NCBI GenBank assembly: GCA_016211945.1
Contig: JACRHV010000004.1
Coordinates: forward strand, 263,472-327,471
Length of the DNA: 64,000 nucleotides
Direction of reading: 5' to 3'
Origin: Minisyncoccota bacterium
GTDB lineage: Bacteria > Patescibacteriota > Microgenomatia > UBA1400 > UBA12028
Notes under the pieces: model-generated
Told to the model about the DNA's origin: nothing
Database searches by the model: none
What the model saw: only the letters and a program-made list of their open reading frames with translations
Shown here: positions 46,450 through 56,574 of the stretch, in pieces
Layout: each line of letters starts with the position of its first letter
Position numbering within the stretch: position 1 is the first letter of the stretch
Made by a program: the position numbers and the translations under genes

Positions 46450-47542
46450 GTTTTTGTAAAAAATCCTTCACATGTCCTTCCGCCGAACTCACATATTTCT
46501 TTTTTTCTCTTTGGATTTGCGGAAGTAACTTCACCCAAGCTTTATTTTGAAATATCTCATACATTTGCTCAACCGCCTTCTTTGGATCAAGCTCTACCCA
46601 ACCAATGTTTTTCTCTTGAACATATGTCACATTCCCCTCCTCTTGACCGGGGATAAAACTCGTCGCCATGATGGCTTTTTCTAATGCAAGTGATTCAAAA
46701 AGAAAGTTTGGTCCTAACTTTCCACCAACAAAACATGCCCCTCGCATATATTCATCAATCGCATCTGTACTCGGCAAAACCAAAAGATGTTGTGTCTTTT
46801 TCTTTTCTGCATATGCCCGAATTGATTGTTCAAGTGAAACATTACTCCCCGTGTTCACTACACATCCGTACGACTGAAGAAAAGATGGGTGATCGATCAT
46901 TGCTTTCATGAGCTCAAATGTATTTCCAGCTCCTTGTCCTCCACTACCGATAAAGACGTATGGATATCCTGGTTCATATCTGATGTTCTGAGTCAGATCT
47001 AAAAATTGAGGGCGTAAAAACCACCCCACAACTTCACATGATGTTGGCGGAATGCCGTATGTTATCGCAACTTCTTTCGTCTCATCTGTGGGGAGAAGAA
47101 ACATATCTGAATCTGGCGATGAAAACCAAACAGCATGCGGGGTAAATGGGTCAGCAACATGGACGACTACTTTTGTGTGTGGACATGATGCTTTTCGTAA
47201 TACATTACGAAGATCTGCACAAAGCAATGGATGATTTGTAATGACCACATCCGGTTTCATATCGCGAAATGTTTTTTCTAGCAAAGGATATATCATCATT
47301 TTTGTTGGTAACGATGCGAAGAATCGCGTGTATTTTGAGTTCGTCATGTGGAAAAACACGCCATACAGGACTCGAAGTGGTCCACCAAATACTCCATATA
47401 TGTTCTCCATCCAACGAGAAAAATGATTGAATGGTAGAACCTCAATGTTTGAATACTTATTGAGATATTTTGTAAGCGCAAGTGCGAGACTTCGATGTCC
47501 ACCACCGGTCTCTGAGTACAGAATCATAATACGTGTTTTCAT
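46439..47542 (-). CDS. MGDG-synthase/UgtP-like glycosyltransferase (GT28)
   Basis: TGGGH, TNHP, GGQGAG, GKLGP, IPGQEEGN. Confidence 0.85.
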   Translation of the reverse strand: MKTRIMILYSETGGGHRSLALALTKYLNKYSNIEVLPFNHFSRWMENIYGVFGGPLRVLYGVFFHMTNSKYTRFFASLPTKMMIYPLLEKTFRDMKPDVVITNHPLLCADLRNVLRKASCPHTKVVVHVADPFTPHAVWFSSPDSDMFLLPTDETKEVAITYGIPPTSCEVVGWFLRPQFLDLTQNIRYEPGYPYVFIGSGGQGAGNTFELMKAMIDHPSFLQSYGCVVNTGSNVSLEQSIRAYAEKKKTQHLLVLPSTDAIDEYMRGACFVGGKLGPNFLFESLALEKAIMATSFIPGQEEGNVTYVQEKNIGWVELDPKKAVEQMYEIFQNKAWVKLLPQIQREKKKYVSSAEGHVKDFLQKLIE

Positions 47543-47546
47543 ATGT

Positions 47547-49217
47547 TTATTCTATTTTATAAATCGAGTATCGATTGCTTTCTATGATTTTTTTGTATCG
47601 TTTTTCGTAATACTCCTCATTCCCACCATATTCACCACGCACCTTGTCATCAAACACAACATATGAAACGTGATATTGCTTCAACAAAGCCTCCGTTTCT
47701 ATACTTCCCTTGAACATGGTCATAACATCTTGCTCAATAGGATAATAATCGAATCCGTAGGTCCATAGCCATCCACGAAACCCCATCACCACTTGTCTTC
47801 CGGACAAATTCATCACAGGATTGTTATGTGAATCAGAAGTAAGAAATATGGCATCCCTTGGAGTATATTTTCTGAGATACTCCACCATCACCAAATCGTC
47901 TTTTCCATACATACTCCAGTTATGCTTATTTTTGTCTACTGCACCATATGCATCAAGCATTCCTGAAAATATTGCCGTGATAAATAACAATATACCCAAT
48001 ACTTTTATGCTTCTTTGTTTTTTCATAAGAAGGGCATAGATTACCTGACCCGCTAACCCAGAAATTCCAAGAGATGCCCATACCAGTAATTTTGTATTAT
48101 CCCAAACGTATGGCTGAAAAAGGAAAAGGTTTAAAAGAACAAAAATAAACAAAAAAGGCGCTGTTATGTATTGAATTCTTTTTTGTGATCGCAACCATCC
48201 AATAATGCTAAGCGGGAGCGTTACTCCCCAGTTTACAATCCAAAACACAAACCAACTCATGTCTTTATGTTCTGCGTATCTATTAACAAACCAACCAGGA
48301 TACCACTGGATAAAACTCCCCTGAACTGTTTTGTTCACTGTTGGAATGTACCACACTACAATAACTGGACTTGCTATGAACAGCGTTGCCACTCCAAATA
48401 ACGCCCAACAAAACAGCGCATGAACTCTCGATTCATCATCTTCTTTCCTCATCACTGACCACGTCATCCACCATAACAATACAATGGCCATCATCATAAA
48501 CGAATGCATATGAATGAGAGGCATAAATCCAGCTAAAACTCCCATCACAAAAAATATTCTACTGTTCCACATCTTTCTTTTTTTCTGAATCTGCCTATAT
48601 ATTCCAATAAACACAAGTAGCGCTATTGGAAAACCAAACGTAAACGATCGTTGGGGAACAATCATGCTCGTTATAACACTGATCCATTCGATACCATACT
48701 GTGAGAGATGTGTATACTCTTTTGTAAAACCAAAAAATGTCTGCATGTTTGGGTTGTTCACGACATCTCGGAAATACCAAAGAAATCCAAGTCCTCCATT
48801 GAGAAGAAAAATCATTGAGGACAATATCGCAATACCTCTTGATCTAAACACGATTTTATAGAGAAAGAAAAGAGCAACAACAAAGATTAAACTGTATACA
48901 TAGCTTGGTAGTACGAATGCTGAAAAAAACTCCATACCGTATCGAATGAATACACCGCTGATCCAGTTCACAAGAAATGGATATGAGAACGTTGCACCAT
49001 ACAAAAGCGGGTGATGCGTCAACCACAGTGATCGATATGCAAACGAACTCCCTTGTGTAAAATGCATTGCCCAGTCGCCCCAAACATTTATCCCCCCAAC
49101 ACGAAGATCTTGACCGTCAAAAGCAATCATGTTCCACCATAAAAATGAAAAATACAAAAACCAACCGATGAAGAACAATAAAACAAAAAATCTATTGAGA
49201 TGCGAACGAGAAAACAT
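47547..49217 (-). CDS. Polytopic membrane protein, probable GT-C glycosyltransferase
   Basis: WGDWAMH, SYPFL, PQRSF, WDNTK; about 12 TMs plus soluble C-terminal domain. Confidence 0.7.
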   Translation of the reverse strand: MFSRSHLNRFFVLLFFIGWFLYFSFLWWNMIAFDGQDLRVGGINVWGDWAMHFTQGSSFAYRSLWLTHHPLLYGATFSYPFLVNWISGVFIRYGMEFFSAFVLPSYVYSLIFVVALFFLYKIVFRSRGIAILSSMIFLLNGGLGFLWYFRDVVNNPNMQTFFGFTKEYTHLSQYGIEWISVITSMIVPQRSFTFGFPIALLVFIGIYRQIQKKRKMWNSRIFFVMGVLAGFMPLIHMHSFMMMAIVLLWWMTWSVMRKEDDESRVHALFCWALFGVATLFIASPVIVVWYIPTVNKTVQGSFIQWYPGWFVNRYAEHKDMSWFVFWIVNWGVTLPLSIIGWLRSQKRIQYITAPFLFIFVLLNLFLFQPYVWDNTKLLVWASLGISGLAGQVIYALLMKKQRSIKVLGILLFITAIFSGMLDAYGAVDKNKHNWSMYGKDDLVMVEYLRKYTPRDAIFLTSDSHNNPVMNLSGRQVVMGFRGWLWTYGFDYYPIEQDVMTMFKGSIETEALLKQYHVSYVVFDDKVRGEYGGNEEYYEKRYKKIIESNRYSIYKIE

Positions 49218-49234
49218 ACGTGTATTATTTAAGC

Positions 49235-50485
49235 ATGAAATACCTGATCCTTATACTTGTCTTTGCTTTTGCAGTACGCATGTATCATCTGACAACGCCC
49301 CCCACTTACTATTTTGATGAGGTATATCATGCCGTAACCGCGAAACTGTATGCACGCAACGATCCTGCGGGGTATGAGTGGTGGCATCCCGCACCCGAGC
49401 CAGACACTGCTATTGAATGGCTTCATCCTCCCCTCGCAAAACTCACACAGGCAGTTGGAATTGTTTTGTTTGGGGAGAACGCGATGGGATGGAGAATCTC
49501 ATCAGTTGTATTTGGTTTGGGAGTGATCGTACTGACATATGTATTGGCACTTCAAATATTCAAAGTGGAACGTATTGCCCTGCTGTCAGCATTACTTGTA
49601 AGTATTGATGGTCTACTCTTCACACAATCGCGTATCGCAATGAATGATATTCATGTTGTTTTCTTTATCCTTCTTTCACTTATTACGTATCTCAATTGGA
49701 AAGAACAGAAGATTTCACAAAAGAAACTCTTATTGTTGTCAGGTATTGCTGCGGGACTTGCTATCTCAACAAAGTGGAGCGGTATTTTCGTTCTTGGAAT
49801 TTATGGTGTCGATCAACTTCTTACATGGATAAAGGCATGGAAACTCCCAAATTTTCGAGTTATGTTCCACTATACATTCGCTTGGATCATTATTCCATTT
49901 ATTGTCTACATCATTTCGTATACCCAATTTTGGCTACAAGGACACACAATTGATCAGTTTATTGAACTTCATAAACAAACTTGGTATTACCAGACGCATC
50001 TCACGGCAACTCATACATATCAGTCTACACCCCTGCAATGGGTATTTGATCTCAGACCTGTGTGGTTCCACGTACAGTATGAATCTGGGAAAATCGCAAA
50101 TATTTATGATCTCGGCAACCCATTACTGTTATATGGTGGGTTTGTCGCTCTTCTGTATCTTTTTGCACAGAGTATTCACAAGTTTGAGTGGAGAAAATGG
50201 TTTCTTGTTCTCTCGTATTTCGGAGTATGGTTTGTGTGGATGTGGTCACCACGCATCATGTTTTTTTATCATTATGCGCCTGCTATTCCCCTCCTCAGCA
50301 TTGCGTTCGGATGGTGTATACATGATCTCACAAAAAAGAAAACCATTCTTCTTACGACGTTTGGATACCTCCTTATTTCACTGAGCATTGTATGGTTTAT
50401 CGTGTTTTATCCAAACATGGTCGGGCTTTTTGTTCCCATTGAGTTTGCTGAAAAAGTTTATTTTGCAATACCCGGGTGGAGATAA
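49235..50485 (+). CDS. PMT-family protein O-mannosyltransferase (GT39)
   Basis: YFDEVYH, HPPLAK, GWR, SRIAMND, TKWSG, FFYHY. Confidence 0.88.
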   Translation: MKYLILILVFAFAVRMYHLTTPPTYYFDEVYHAVTAKLYARNDPAGYEWWHPAPEPDTAIEWLHPPLAKLTQAVGIVLFGENAMGWRISSVVFGLGVIVLTYVLALQIFKVERIALLSALLVSIDGLLFTQSRIAMNDIHVVFFILLSLITYLNWKEQKISQKKLLLLSGIAAGLAISTKWSGIFVLGIYGVDQLLTWIKAWKLPNFRVMFHYTFAWIIIPFIVYIISYTQFWLQGHTIDQFIELHKQTWYYQTHLTATHTYQSTPLQWVFDLRPVWFHVQYESGKIANIYDLGNPLLLYGGFVALLYLFAQSIHKFEWRKWFLVLSYFGVWFVWMWSPRIMFFYHYAPAIPLLSIAFGWCIHDLTKKKTILLTTFGYLLISLSIVWFIVFYPNMVGLFVPIEFAEKVYFAIPGWR

Positions 50486-53400
50486 CTACAATAATTTCAT
50501 TTGCTCAACGACCTGTTGTGGAATACCGTTTGGCCAACAATGGTGATGAAATTCACACTGTTTACATAACGCATAATTATCTGTCTTAGGAAAATGTAAT
50601 GCACGAATTTCTTTCATCACATCTTTAATAATGGTACGGAGTTCATCAACTTCTTCTTTGTTTAATGAAAATTCCTCTCGTCGAAACTTCTTTGTCTGCT
50701 TATCTTGCTCAACAAAATCAAAAATTCCTCGTTCAACCTTCAATGCAAATGTCTGATCCAAGTCTGCGAGGAGTTTGTAAAAAAGAAGCTGGCGTTTGTA
50801 GTCTCCTGTGCTATTCGCAGTTTTCCCTTCAATTTCATTTCTTGTTTTTGGCTGGCCGGTTTTGTAATCCACAACAGCGACCGACTTTTTCTTTGGATCA
50901 ATCCATTCAATTTTATCTATTCTCCCGCCGATGCGAACATCATCAACATAGACACGAGACCAACCATATCCCAAAAATTTCTCCAAAAATACGGGTTTCC
51001 CCAATTGATCTTTATACTCATCATAGTATGCCGATAACACTTTTCTTCCTTGATGAAGACGCGTAAGTTCTTCTTCTGGTGTAAGCACTTCTTTTTTTAG
51101 AGCAGTTTCAAATTGATTGACCATGTATTCTTTTTGAGGAACGTCACCTGTTTCAATAATTTTGCGATACACCATTTCCAATGCTTTATGCACCGCGGTT
51201 CCAAACGCAAGATAGTCTTGTTTTGCCCGAGGAACTTTGACCAGGACATTTAATTTAAACTTATATGCGCACGCTAAATACGTATTCATTGCTGTCGGTG
51301 TCAAGGTAAAGTCTTCAAGGAGTCCACGAAGCCAATCATCTTCCTCAATTCTTGGAACTTTATGTTCCGGTGTTTTCATGAGACGTTGGAGAGAGGCAAC
51401 TGTTTGCGACTCAAGTGGCTTATTCTCAATATCCTGTCGCAAGTTTTCTGGAATTTCTTCTATAAACATCGTTCGCGTATTTTCTTTTGATTTGTTTCCC
51501 ACGATTGTTGTCTGCGCATAGGACACGACAACCTGTTTTTTCGCGCGCGTGAGCGCAACATAGAAGAGACGGCGTTCATCCTCGTTTTCTTCTTTCTTCT
51601 CAAGTTTTGTAAACTTTATCATGCCTTCGGGAAGGGTAATGAGGTCTTTTGTTCGAACATTTCCCCATTTCCCGTCGAGCGCTCGAATAATGAACACATA
51701 CTCCCACTCCATTCCTTTTGCGCTGTGTGCCGTACTCAACTTCACCGCATTGGTACGAATATGAATATCTTCTTCTGTAATTGCAATGTGATGCTCCCGC
51801 ATTGTTTTAATGGTGTCTAAAAATGATTGTAGATTGAGCGCATGATGATGTTTTGCAACATTTTTTACTTCACTGAATAACGATTGCACTGCATTCATTG
51901 CATCCACAACGCTTTCATTATGTAAAGTCCAAGATAAGAATCCACTTTCATTCATCACTGTTTCAAACCATTGCGGAAATGTTGTTTGCGCATCCAGTTG
52001 CGACCATCGAACAATGTTTTCTATGAAAGAAACAATTTTTTTGCCATCCTCCAGTTCTATCCCGCCAAAATGGTCTTGATGAAGAATAGAAAACATTGAC
52101 GTTTTCTTGAGTGCGGCCTGACGTGCTATTTTGAGAATGTCTAGCGCATTGAGGTTTACCCATTCGTAGTTCAGCAGGGTGAAAAGATCAAGATCCTCGT
52201 GATTAGTCCGCACATCACAAATAACCTGAAACAGCACGAGGAGTTGGTGAACAATAGGGGAGTCGAGAATATCGGCCCCGCCACCAACCTCATACGGAAT
52301 TCCCCATTTTGTAAAGGCATCCTCTAGCGCAAGGCTATCTGCATTATTTTTATAGAGAACAGCAATTTCACTTGGCTCCACTCCCTTTTTAATGAGCTTT
52401 TGTACTTCTTCCGCCACGTATATTGTTTCGAGTGGATCAGAGGAACACGACACCACATGGATAGGCGTGTTTGCATGTTTGGTCTGCGTACGCAATGGCG
52501 AAGGATTTATTTTTAGCTTTTTTGATGATGAAGCCAGCGTTGTGTTTGTAAGCCCATTTTTTCGAATCAAATGGTGCGCTGCATCAAGAATGGATTGCGC
52601 TGATCGATAACTGTTTTCCAGCGTTATATATGTGGCGTTTGGATTTTTTTTCATAAATGCAAGACTGTTTTCTATAGAGGCGCCTTGGAATCGGTACAAA
52701 CTTTGATCGCTATCTCCAACAACAAAAATATTTGCCTCATCGCCCCAGTATGAGGTGAGTGCATGTAACACGTTGAGTTGCGCATTGTTCGTGTCCTGAA
52801 ACTCATCAACAAGCACATATTGAAAACGTTCCTGATAGGACTGCAGAAGAACTGGATCATGCGTAAACGCCTCAACCGTAGACGAGATCATGTCCTCAAA
52901 GTCGTATCGATTCATTTCTTTTAATTTTTGTTGATAGAGGATATAGACTTGAAGTAATTCAAGTTGTTTTGCATAGACGCGCTCATGTTTTTTCTTTTCG
53001 GTTTCTTTGAGATCCTCGTTCTGAGACCGCTGCCGATCTTTTTCAATCAATATTCTGAGTGCGTCCTCATTCACACCTTCCCGCTTCATATTTTGGATAG
53101 ACCACAAACAATCTTTCACATAAAAAAGGGGACTGTTTATTGGTTTTATCGCTTCAAATGATTGAGACCGCAAAATGTCTTCTATAATTGTAAATCTTTC
53201 GAGATCAGAGAGCGGTTCAGCATCACGGGAAAAAGGAAAATATTCTGGATTCGACTGAATAATGTCTGAACAAAACGCGTGGAATGTTGAGATATTCACG
53301 TAGTACGCGTCTGCACCAATAATCGAGAGAAGACGATCACGCATTGCCTTGACTGCGGACTCAGTGAAGGTGAGTGCGAGAATGTTGCGTGGAACAGTAT

Positions 53401-53602
53401 CCGTTTTTTTGAGAATTTGTGCGATACGAAGAGCCAATACCTGCGTCTTCCCTGTTCCAGGCCCAGCAATAACCATGACCGGGCCTTCAATGGTGTCCAC
53501 CGCACGCTTTTGTTCCAAGTTGAGTTTGGTGTACTCTTTATCAAAAATCGTCTGAGGTTTTTTGGTTGGAGTTGGGGGGAGATTTTCGTTCTTCCTTGGC
53601 AT
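50486..53602 (-). CDS. UvrD-type helicase fused to PD-(D/E)xK nuclease with Fe-S cysteines (AdnAB/AddAB-like)
   Basis: AGPGTGKT, DEFQD, HSAKGME, YVALTRA; C-terminal TPT..YLAC, GRIDKI, VDYKTG, CKQCEFHHHC. Confidence 0.88.
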   Translation of the reverse strand: MPRKNENLPPTPTKKPQTIFDKEYTKLNLEQKRAVDTIEGPVMVIAGPGTGKTQVLALRIAQILKKTDTVPRNILALTFTESAVKAMRDRLLSIIGADAYYVNISTFHAFCSDIIQSNPEYFPFSRDAEPLSDLERFTIIEDILRSQSFEAIKPINSPLFYVKDCLWSIQNMKREGVNEDALRILIEKDRQRSQNEDLKETEKKKHERVYAKQLELLQVYILYQQKLKEMNRYDFEDMISSTVEAFTHDPVLLQSYQERFQYVLVDEFQDTNNAQLNVLHALTSYWGDEANIFVVGDSDQSLYRFQGASIENSLAFMKKNPNATYITLENSYRSAQSILDAAHHLIRKNGLTNTTLASSSKKLKINPSPLRTQTKHANTPIHVVSCSSDPLETIYVAEEVQKLIKKGVEPSEIAVLYKNNADSLALEDAFTKWGIPYEVGGGADILDSPIVHQLLVLFQVICDVRTNHEDLDLFTLLNYEWVNLNALDILKIARQAALKKTSMFSILHQDHFGGIELEDGKKIVSFIENIVRWSQLDAQTTFPQWFETVMNESGFLSWTLHNESVVDAMNAVQSLFSEVKNVAKHHHALNLQSFLDTIKTMREHHIAITEEDIHIRTNAVKLSTAHSAKGMEWEYVFIIRALDGKWGNVRTKDLITLPEGMIKFTKLEKKEENEDERRLFYVALTRAKKQVVVSYAQTTIVGNKSKENTRTMFIEEIPENLRQDIENKPLESQTVASLQRLMKTPEHKVPRIEEDDWLRGLLEDFTLTPTAMNTYLACAYKFKLNVLVKVPRAKQDYLAFGTAVHKALEMVYRKIIETGDVPQKEYMVNQFETALKKEVLTPEEELTRLHQGRKVLSAYYDEYKDQLGKPVFLEKFLGYGWSRVYVDDVRIGGRIDKIEWIDPKKKSVAVVDYKTGQPKTRNEIEGKTANSTGDYKRQLLFYKLLADLDQTFALKVERGIFDFVEQDKQTKKFRREEFSLNKEEVDELRTIIKDVMKEIRALHFPKTDNYALCKQCEFHHHCWPNGIPQQVVEQMKLL

Positions 53603-53672
53603 GAGACTGTTGTACCGTATAAGAAACCGAAAAACAAGCGAAGGAGGAGTATCTGCCGAAGCAAATGAGAAA

Positions 53673-53978
53673 TCAAGATTCTGTGGTATCTTGTTGTTCT
53701 TCCTTCTCTGTCACATCGATCGTATACTGAACCTTCATATCATCAAGCATGAGATAAAAAGCTTTCGTGTACGTTGATGGCCCTTTTAGCGTTAATGTGG
53801 GATTGTCTGATGAATTATCAAAAGACACACTCACTTGTCCCTGTATACCTTGCTGTTTAGCCAAATTAAGCGCAGCGCGGGCCACATCAAACCCTTTCAT
53901 TCCTTCATCATAAGAGGCAAATACTAAACGTATCTCGTCAGGAAAAATAAAAATGATGTTTTTTTCTAAATCAGACAT
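53673..53978 (-). CDS. Small hypothetical protein
   Basis: ATG 4 nt after the upstream stop. Confidence 0.6.
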   Translation of the reverse strand: MSDLEKNIIFIFPDEIRLVFASYDEGMKGFDVARAALNLAKQQGIQGQVSVSFDNSSDNPTLTLKGPSTYTKAFYLMLDDMKVQYTIDVTEKEEQQDTTES

Positions 53979-53982
53979 ATGT

Positions 53983-55038
53983 TTAAGCCAACTTGTTTTG
54001 TGTTGTATATGCCTCAACAATTTTCATCCATTCAGCTTGAAACTCCATATGTTTCTTCATAGAGTCTCCGCCTGTTGGGTGCTGTAACTCCATACCAACG
54101 GATCCTTTTTTAACCTTCACTTTAAAATCAGCAGATCCGGGGGATGCCTCTTCACCTTCAATTGCAATCACACGCGCCTCCCACAAATAATGTTTCACCA
54201 ATCGCCGAAAATCCTTCTGCAAAGCACTGGGAATAATAAGGGTGTACGGATACATAGGTCCACGTTCTTCATGACCAACGACTTGATCGTACATTGCTTG
54301 TTTATCCTCTTTGTTCCACTTCAAGCCCCCTTCGGTACGTAGCCGCCTCCAAATCCCAACAATCTCCGGACTCGCCTTATCTTGAGCATTTTCAAGATAT
54401 ATAACATCACCCAATGGGGTGATTAAACAATCTTTGTGTGCAATCAAATCTTGGATTTGAGGATCATTGTCATTTGCAAACAGAGATACAAACAAACGAT
54501 TGAGGAAATGGTTGATAACAAAATGAACCATCGCTTCGGTTTGTAATCCTTTTGTGTGTCCCCAAATTGCGTGATCTGCCTTTTCTGAAACACCATCATG
54601 AATTGTTTCATTAGCTTCTGCTAATTCATGTCCCTCTGTCATACGAGTTGTTAGATCTATAATAGCGCGCTGAAATGTTTCAGAGGCAATATCTGAGACT
54701 TTTATGATATTCATCAAAAGTGTTTGTAGTCTCTCTGGACCAAGGGTATCAACAAAAACTTCAGCACCACCTCGAGAAACCTGTTTGGTACTATCGCCTG
54801 CAGTCTCTTGATTTACCCGCTCAATAACAGTGCGTTCTTCGGGTGAAAGCAAAGCGAGATGTCGGATGATCTTGAGGTAATCTATGTACATTCTTACAAT
54901 ATAGCGAAGCGGCTCTTCTCCAAGCTCATCGTTGTAGTTTGTACGAAGAACATCAATTGCATGTTGAAGTTCCGGTAATTTTGATAGTCTCTGGACAACT
55001 TCTTCTATTATTTTTCTTGACTGTTCATGGTAGTTCAT
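53983..55038 (-). CDS. Hypothetical protein (351 aa)
   Basis: Long ORF, TATAAT -10 just upstream; no motif recognised. Confidence 0.7.
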   Translation of the reverse strand: MNYHEQSRKIIEEVVQRLSKLPELQHAIDVLRTNYNDELGEEPLRYIVRMYIDYLKIIRHLALLSPEERTVIERVNQETAGDSTKQVSRGGAEVFVDTLGPERLQTLLMNIIKVSDIASETFQRAIIDLTTRMTEGHELAEANETIHDGVSEKADHAIWGHTKGLQTEAMVHFVINHFLNRLFVSLFANDNDPQIQDLIAHKDCLITPLGDVIYLENAQDKASPEIVGIWRRLRTEGGLKWNKEDKQAMYDQVVGHEERGPMYPYTLIIPSALQKDFRRLVKHYLWEARVIAIEGEEASPGSADFKVKVKKGSVGMELQHPTGGDSMKKHMEFQAEWMKIVEAYTTQNKLA

Positions 55039-55164
55039 GAGGGAATTATACTACTCGATATTTTCTTGGGGGGAAATTAGCGGAAAAATCGTTATATTGA
55101 AAAATGAAGTTTAGGAAAACGAACCTTCCAGCAATTGGATTATGGTTGCAGAAAAATAATTCTT

Positions 55165-55974
55165 TTACTGCTTTGCACGAATAATATCTTGCAATTTCGC
55201 ATGAATACCGGGGGCACCCATACAAATCGTGAAGTTCTCCTGTGCTCTCTCTAATGGACGTGAATAATTCATTGGTTTGCCCCAAAAATCTGTTACAACC
55301 CCACCGGCTTCCTCAATAATAGGCTGAACTGCAACGTTGTCCCATATCTTCGTTGTTTGATTGAGAAACGCACCATATTTTCCATCGGCGACGTGCGCCA
55401 TATCATATGCACTATTCGTTGTTCTTAAGTTTCGAATACCCAGAATAATCTTTCCCAATATCTCGACTTCCTTTACTGTTCTTTGTGGATCTTCTTGATG
55501 TCCATCGATGCCATATGCGACTAATATAGAAAGTGGATCTGTTTTTTCGGTAACCCGAATTTTCACACCATTACACGTAGTTCCAAAACTCTTTTCTGCA
55601 ATAAACAGTTGAGAAAAGGCTGGAAGAGCAATGCCACCTGCTATGGGGATATCACCATCAAGTAAACCAACCATAATGCCATATGTGGGCAATCCTGCGA
55701 CAAAATTGCTTGTTCCATCAATTGGATCTACTACCCAAGTAAATCGACTTTCACGATCTATAACACCCGCTTCTTCATCAATAATATTGTAGTCAGGAAA
55801 AACTTTTTGAATGCGCTGAATAATTTCTTTCCCTACAGCAAGATCTGTCTCTGTTAATACTTGATTGTTGTCACCTTGTTTTACTGTCTCCGCAACCTTT
55901 CCCCAATTGTCATGTGCAATTCGGGAAACTGCATCTAAAGTTTGAGAGATAAAGTTAAGGTACTTTGGTGACAT
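55165..55974 (-). CDS. Inositol monophosphatase family protein
   Basis: TETD, DEE, WVVDPIDGTSNF, WD, EAGG. Confidence 0.9.
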   Translation of the reverse strand: MSPKYLNFISQTLDAVSRIAHDNWGKVAETVKQGDNNQVLTETDLAVGKEIIQRIQKVFPDYNIIDEEAGVIDRESRFTWVVDPIDGTSNFVAGLPTYGIMVGLLDGDIPIAGGIALPAFSQLFIAEKSFGTTCNGVKIRVTEKTDPLSILVAYGIDGHQEDPQRTVKEVEILGKIILGIRNLRTTNSAYDMAHVADGKYGAFLNQTTKIWDNVAVQPIIEEAGGVVTDFWGKPMNYSRPLERAQENFTICMGAPGIHAKLQDIIRAKQ

Positions 55975-56017
55975 ACATCAAGATTATCCTAAGTGGGTCG
56001 ATTTATCAATCCTTTTG

Positions 56018-56090
56018 TCGGGGTGGTGAGACTCGAACTCACGACCTCCGCACCCCCAGCGCGGCGCTCTACCAACTAAGCCACACCCCG
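56018..56090 (-). tRNA. tRNA-Pro (GGG), CCA not encoded
   Basis: Acceptor CGGGGTG/CACCCCG, anticodon arm CCGCG-CT GGG GG-TGCGG, T-loop TTCGAGT. Confidence 0.95.
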
Positions 56091-56164
56091 AACTTTTGAC
56101 ATTCTACCACGCCCCTAAATTTTCTGATTATTACGTAGTCTCACTCAAGAAAAACCACTTTCCC

Positions 56165-56200
56165 TTTTGTAAGCTAATTGTAAGATTCGCGTGATATTGT
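56165..56200 (+). promoter_or_regulatory. Direct-repeat operator TTGTAAG-N4-TTGTAAG plus extended -10 (copy 2)
   Basis: 25-mer identical to 23473-23497; TGA-TATTGT 10 nt after the second repeat. Confidence 0.7.
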
Positions 56201-56209
56201 ATCTGCAGA

Positions 56210-56425
56210 ATGAAAATATATTCTGACCATATTCCTCATACTATATTTCAGCCGACGCGAGGAATGACGTTGTATTTTTACGACATAAGTAAACTTTTCT
56301 TCGGTGGATTTTTTCTTACGGGTATTCTTCAGGGGTATTTTTTCTATGCTATGATGGGAATAATCTTATCGATTCTCGTCTTTGTTGTAGCAAAATATTT
56401 GGAGGTTTTATGTGGGAATCCGTGA
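56210..56425 (+). CDS. Small 2-TM membrane protein
   Basis: YFYDISKLFFGG..TM..TM. Confidence 0.6.
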   Translation: MKIYSDHIPHTIFQPTRGMTLYFYDISKLFFGGFFLTGILQGYFFYAMMGIILSILVFVVAKYLEVLCGNP

Positions 56426-56544
56426 TAAAAGATTTAACAAGTGTTCCCGTTGTTATGGCATTGGGAATGACGTTTTTCCTCATGGTTTTTGCAAGCATGA
56501 CTACATACGTCGCACACAAGGACCGTGAAAAACTAAAGAAATAA
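56410..56544 (+). CDS. Small single-TM protein (44 aa)
   Basis: Not in ORF track; GGAGG SD; MWESVIKDLTSVPVVMALGMTFFLMVFASMTTYVAHKDREKLKK. Confidence 0.6.
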   Translation: MWESVIKDLTSVPVVMALGMTFFLMVFASMTTYVAHKDREKLKK

Positions 56545-56574
56545 ACATATCTATTCTGCCCAAGAAGGAGATGT

